In this document: positions 62,589-64,000 of the stretch, piece by piece
Layout of the letters: each line of letters starts with the position of its first letter
Position numbering within the stretch: the first letter of the stretch is position 1
Notes under the pieces: model-generated
What the model was told of the DNA's origin: nothing
Databases searched by the model: none
What the model saw: the letters and a program-made list of their open reading frames with translations, nothing else
Origin: Nitrospirales bacterium
Lineage (GTDB): Bacteria; Nitrospirota; Nitrospiria; Nitrospirales; UBA8639
Length of the DNA: 64,000 nucleotides
Reading direction: 5' to 3'
NCBI GenBank assembly: GCA_963555755.3
Contig: OY820905.2
Span: 3,744,001 to 3,808,000 of the forward strand
Made by a program: the position numbers and the translations under genes

Positions 62589-62795
62589 GTAGGTGCAACG
62601 TCTTATGCTGCCATAAAATACCAAACAAAAATTGGCGCCATTAGATGGCGCAGCAACAAAAGAAGGAGTATTGTAGCTGCAGCGTCTCACGCTGCCTCTT
62701 CCTGACGTCACTGGACATTGCTGCGTGGGAAGAGGGCACGATGATATCGTGCAGCTAAAAACAAATTTCTGGAGCAGCATCATCTTATGCTGCCT
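62589..62795. repeat. GTAG-REP cluster, left of the RAYT
   Basis: gtagctgcagcgtctcacgctgcc with inverted partners ggcacgatgatatcgtgcagct. Confidence 0.75.
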
Positions 62796-62836
62796 TCTTG
62801 TTCATCGGCGCCCGGGCTTTCGCTTAAGCGATTGAA

Positions 62837-62999
62837 CCTAGAAACGGCAGTTGGGCGCAAAAAAGCCGTGTAAGATATTGGTGTGCATGATGAAATACAA
62901 AAAGTCGTAGTCACCTCGGTGGTGATAAGACATTTTTGTATTTTATCAGGTGCGCCAAGAGCTTGCGCGGACTTTTGTGATCCAATTGCTGTTTCTAGG
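62837..62999. mobile_element. Family-C MITE (163 bp, TTGAA TSD)
   Basis: Closely similar to 34423-34585. Confidence 0.9.
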
Positions 63000-63012
63000 T
63001 TGAAGGCCAAAT

Positions 63013-63458
63013 ATGTCAAAAAGACCCAACCCCCCACGATATCGCAAACACCTTTGATTGCGTGGCTATGATTATCGTGAGAACGGATACTACTTTGTGA
63101 CGGTCTGTACCAAAGATCGAAAACCTTACTTTGTTTCAGAAAGGGCCAAATCCATTTTACAAGAAAAAATAGATCAAATTCCTCGATTTTTTCCTGGTGT
63201 TACAATTGATCAGGCTGTTGTGATGCCGAATCACGTCCATGTCATTCTTCTCTTTCAATCATCTTCAAAATCTCTGGGTCAAGTCATTCAGGCCTTTAAA
63301 TCTTGGGTGACACGGGGGGGGTAGGCCAATCCGTTTGGCAGCCTAATTATTATGAACACGTCATTCGAAATGAAATGGCCCTCCATAAAATTCGTGAGTA
63401 CATTGTCAATAATCCCCTTATCGACCAGGTTGATTGCGACCAGTTTTATGAATTGTAG
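63013..63458 (+). pseudogene. REP-associated tyrosine transposase (RAYT / Y1 HUH) with a nonsense codon and a frameshift
   Basis: RKHL*LRGYDY...YFVTVCT, VVMPNHVH; shift at G8 (63314-63321) into WQPNYYEHVIRNE...IREYIVNNP. Confidence 0.85.
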
Positions 63459-63488
63459 TGGGAACGGGTTGATAGTGCTTTGAAGAGG

Positions 63489-63603
63489 GTGCCATGAACC
63501 GGCGCAGCTACAAAAGAGTGGCATTGTAGCTGCAGCGTCTCACGCTGCCTCTTCTTGGCGATTGTTGCGGGGAAAAGATGGCACGATGAGATCGTGCAGC
63601 TAC
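63489..63603. repeat. GTAG-REP cluster, right of the RAYT
   Basis: gtagctgcagcgtctcacgctgcctctt identical to the copy at 62673; inverted ggcacgatgagatcgtgcagctac. Confidence 0.75.
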
Positions 63604-63723
63604 ACAAGAAAGAATCCCAGGAAGGATAGACTGAAGGCCGAAGGCTTTTAGAGGCCAATAATGCGGATCATCCTTCAGCCCACAGCCTTTAGCCTTAATA
63701 CCCGAGCAGTTCCTCTGTCCGTG

Positions 63724-64000
63724 TCATTTTTTGAATCGAGAAAGAAAGGCCTCACATCGTTCTTTGATCTGCCTCATCACCTGATAAGCGACTTTGTGGT
63801 CGATCTCAATATCCGGCAATTGGGTGAGGATTTTATGGGCCAGTTCCGGAACATGCTGGACCACCATTGGCTTGGCCAGTCCGGCTTCTTGAGCCAGTGT
63901 CTCAAAATGTCGTGGGTAGAGTTGGCCGGAAACGGATTCTCCGCCAATCTTCATTGCTAAATGTTGGGAAAGCTCTGGGTAATACACCGTGCTGACCACA
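63724..64000 (-). CDS. C-terminus of a HipA-family toxin (partial)
   Basis: VST.YYPELS..LAMKIGG...HF..LA.EAGL. Confidence 0.65.
   Translation of the reverse strand, partial: VVSTVYYPELSQHLAMKIGGESVSGQLYPRHFETLAQEAGLAKPMVVQHVPELAHKILTQLPDIEIDHKVAYQVMRQIKERCEAFLSRFKK

Noticed and set aside
1..64000. CRISPR array or cas genes (prompted by the CHAT protease and many repeats)
   Set aside because: No regularly spaced direct repeats with unique spacers and no Cas-like ORF; the repeats are dispersed palindromes

Overview
Bacterial chromosomal window. Gene content and order (alaC-hom-thrC-apgM-lysC-cimA-ihfA-merR-tRNA-Pro, alginate-export-type porin, MidA-like methyltransferase) suggest a Nitrospirota/Nitrospirales genome; this taxonomy is inference. 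Core genes (nnrDE, pdxJ, threonine operon, mutM, phoH, ybeY, ftsY, two tatA-family genes, lipid A modification genes) are interleaved with a dense mobilome. It includes a partial IS110 with a probable bridge-RNA end, a complete DUF4338-ISAs1 element with a 10-bp TSD, an ORF-less group IIC-like intron inserted in a dispersed repeat, a decayed RAYT with GTAG REPs, several MITE families (some nested, some disrupting genes, most sharing one internal hairpin), inverted heptamer-repeat cassettes and about six toxin-antitoxin loci. The most unusual coding locus is a five-gene envelope operon (20.5-34.1 kb): AsmA/YdbH-like protein, DUF1318 lipoprotein, a ~2600-aa exported PD40-TPR-pseudoCHAT-TPR-CHAT caspase-like protease, an SH3 protein and an M48 metallopeptidase. 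All family calls come from motif recognition by eye; no database searches were run. No CRISPR array or rRNA was seen.
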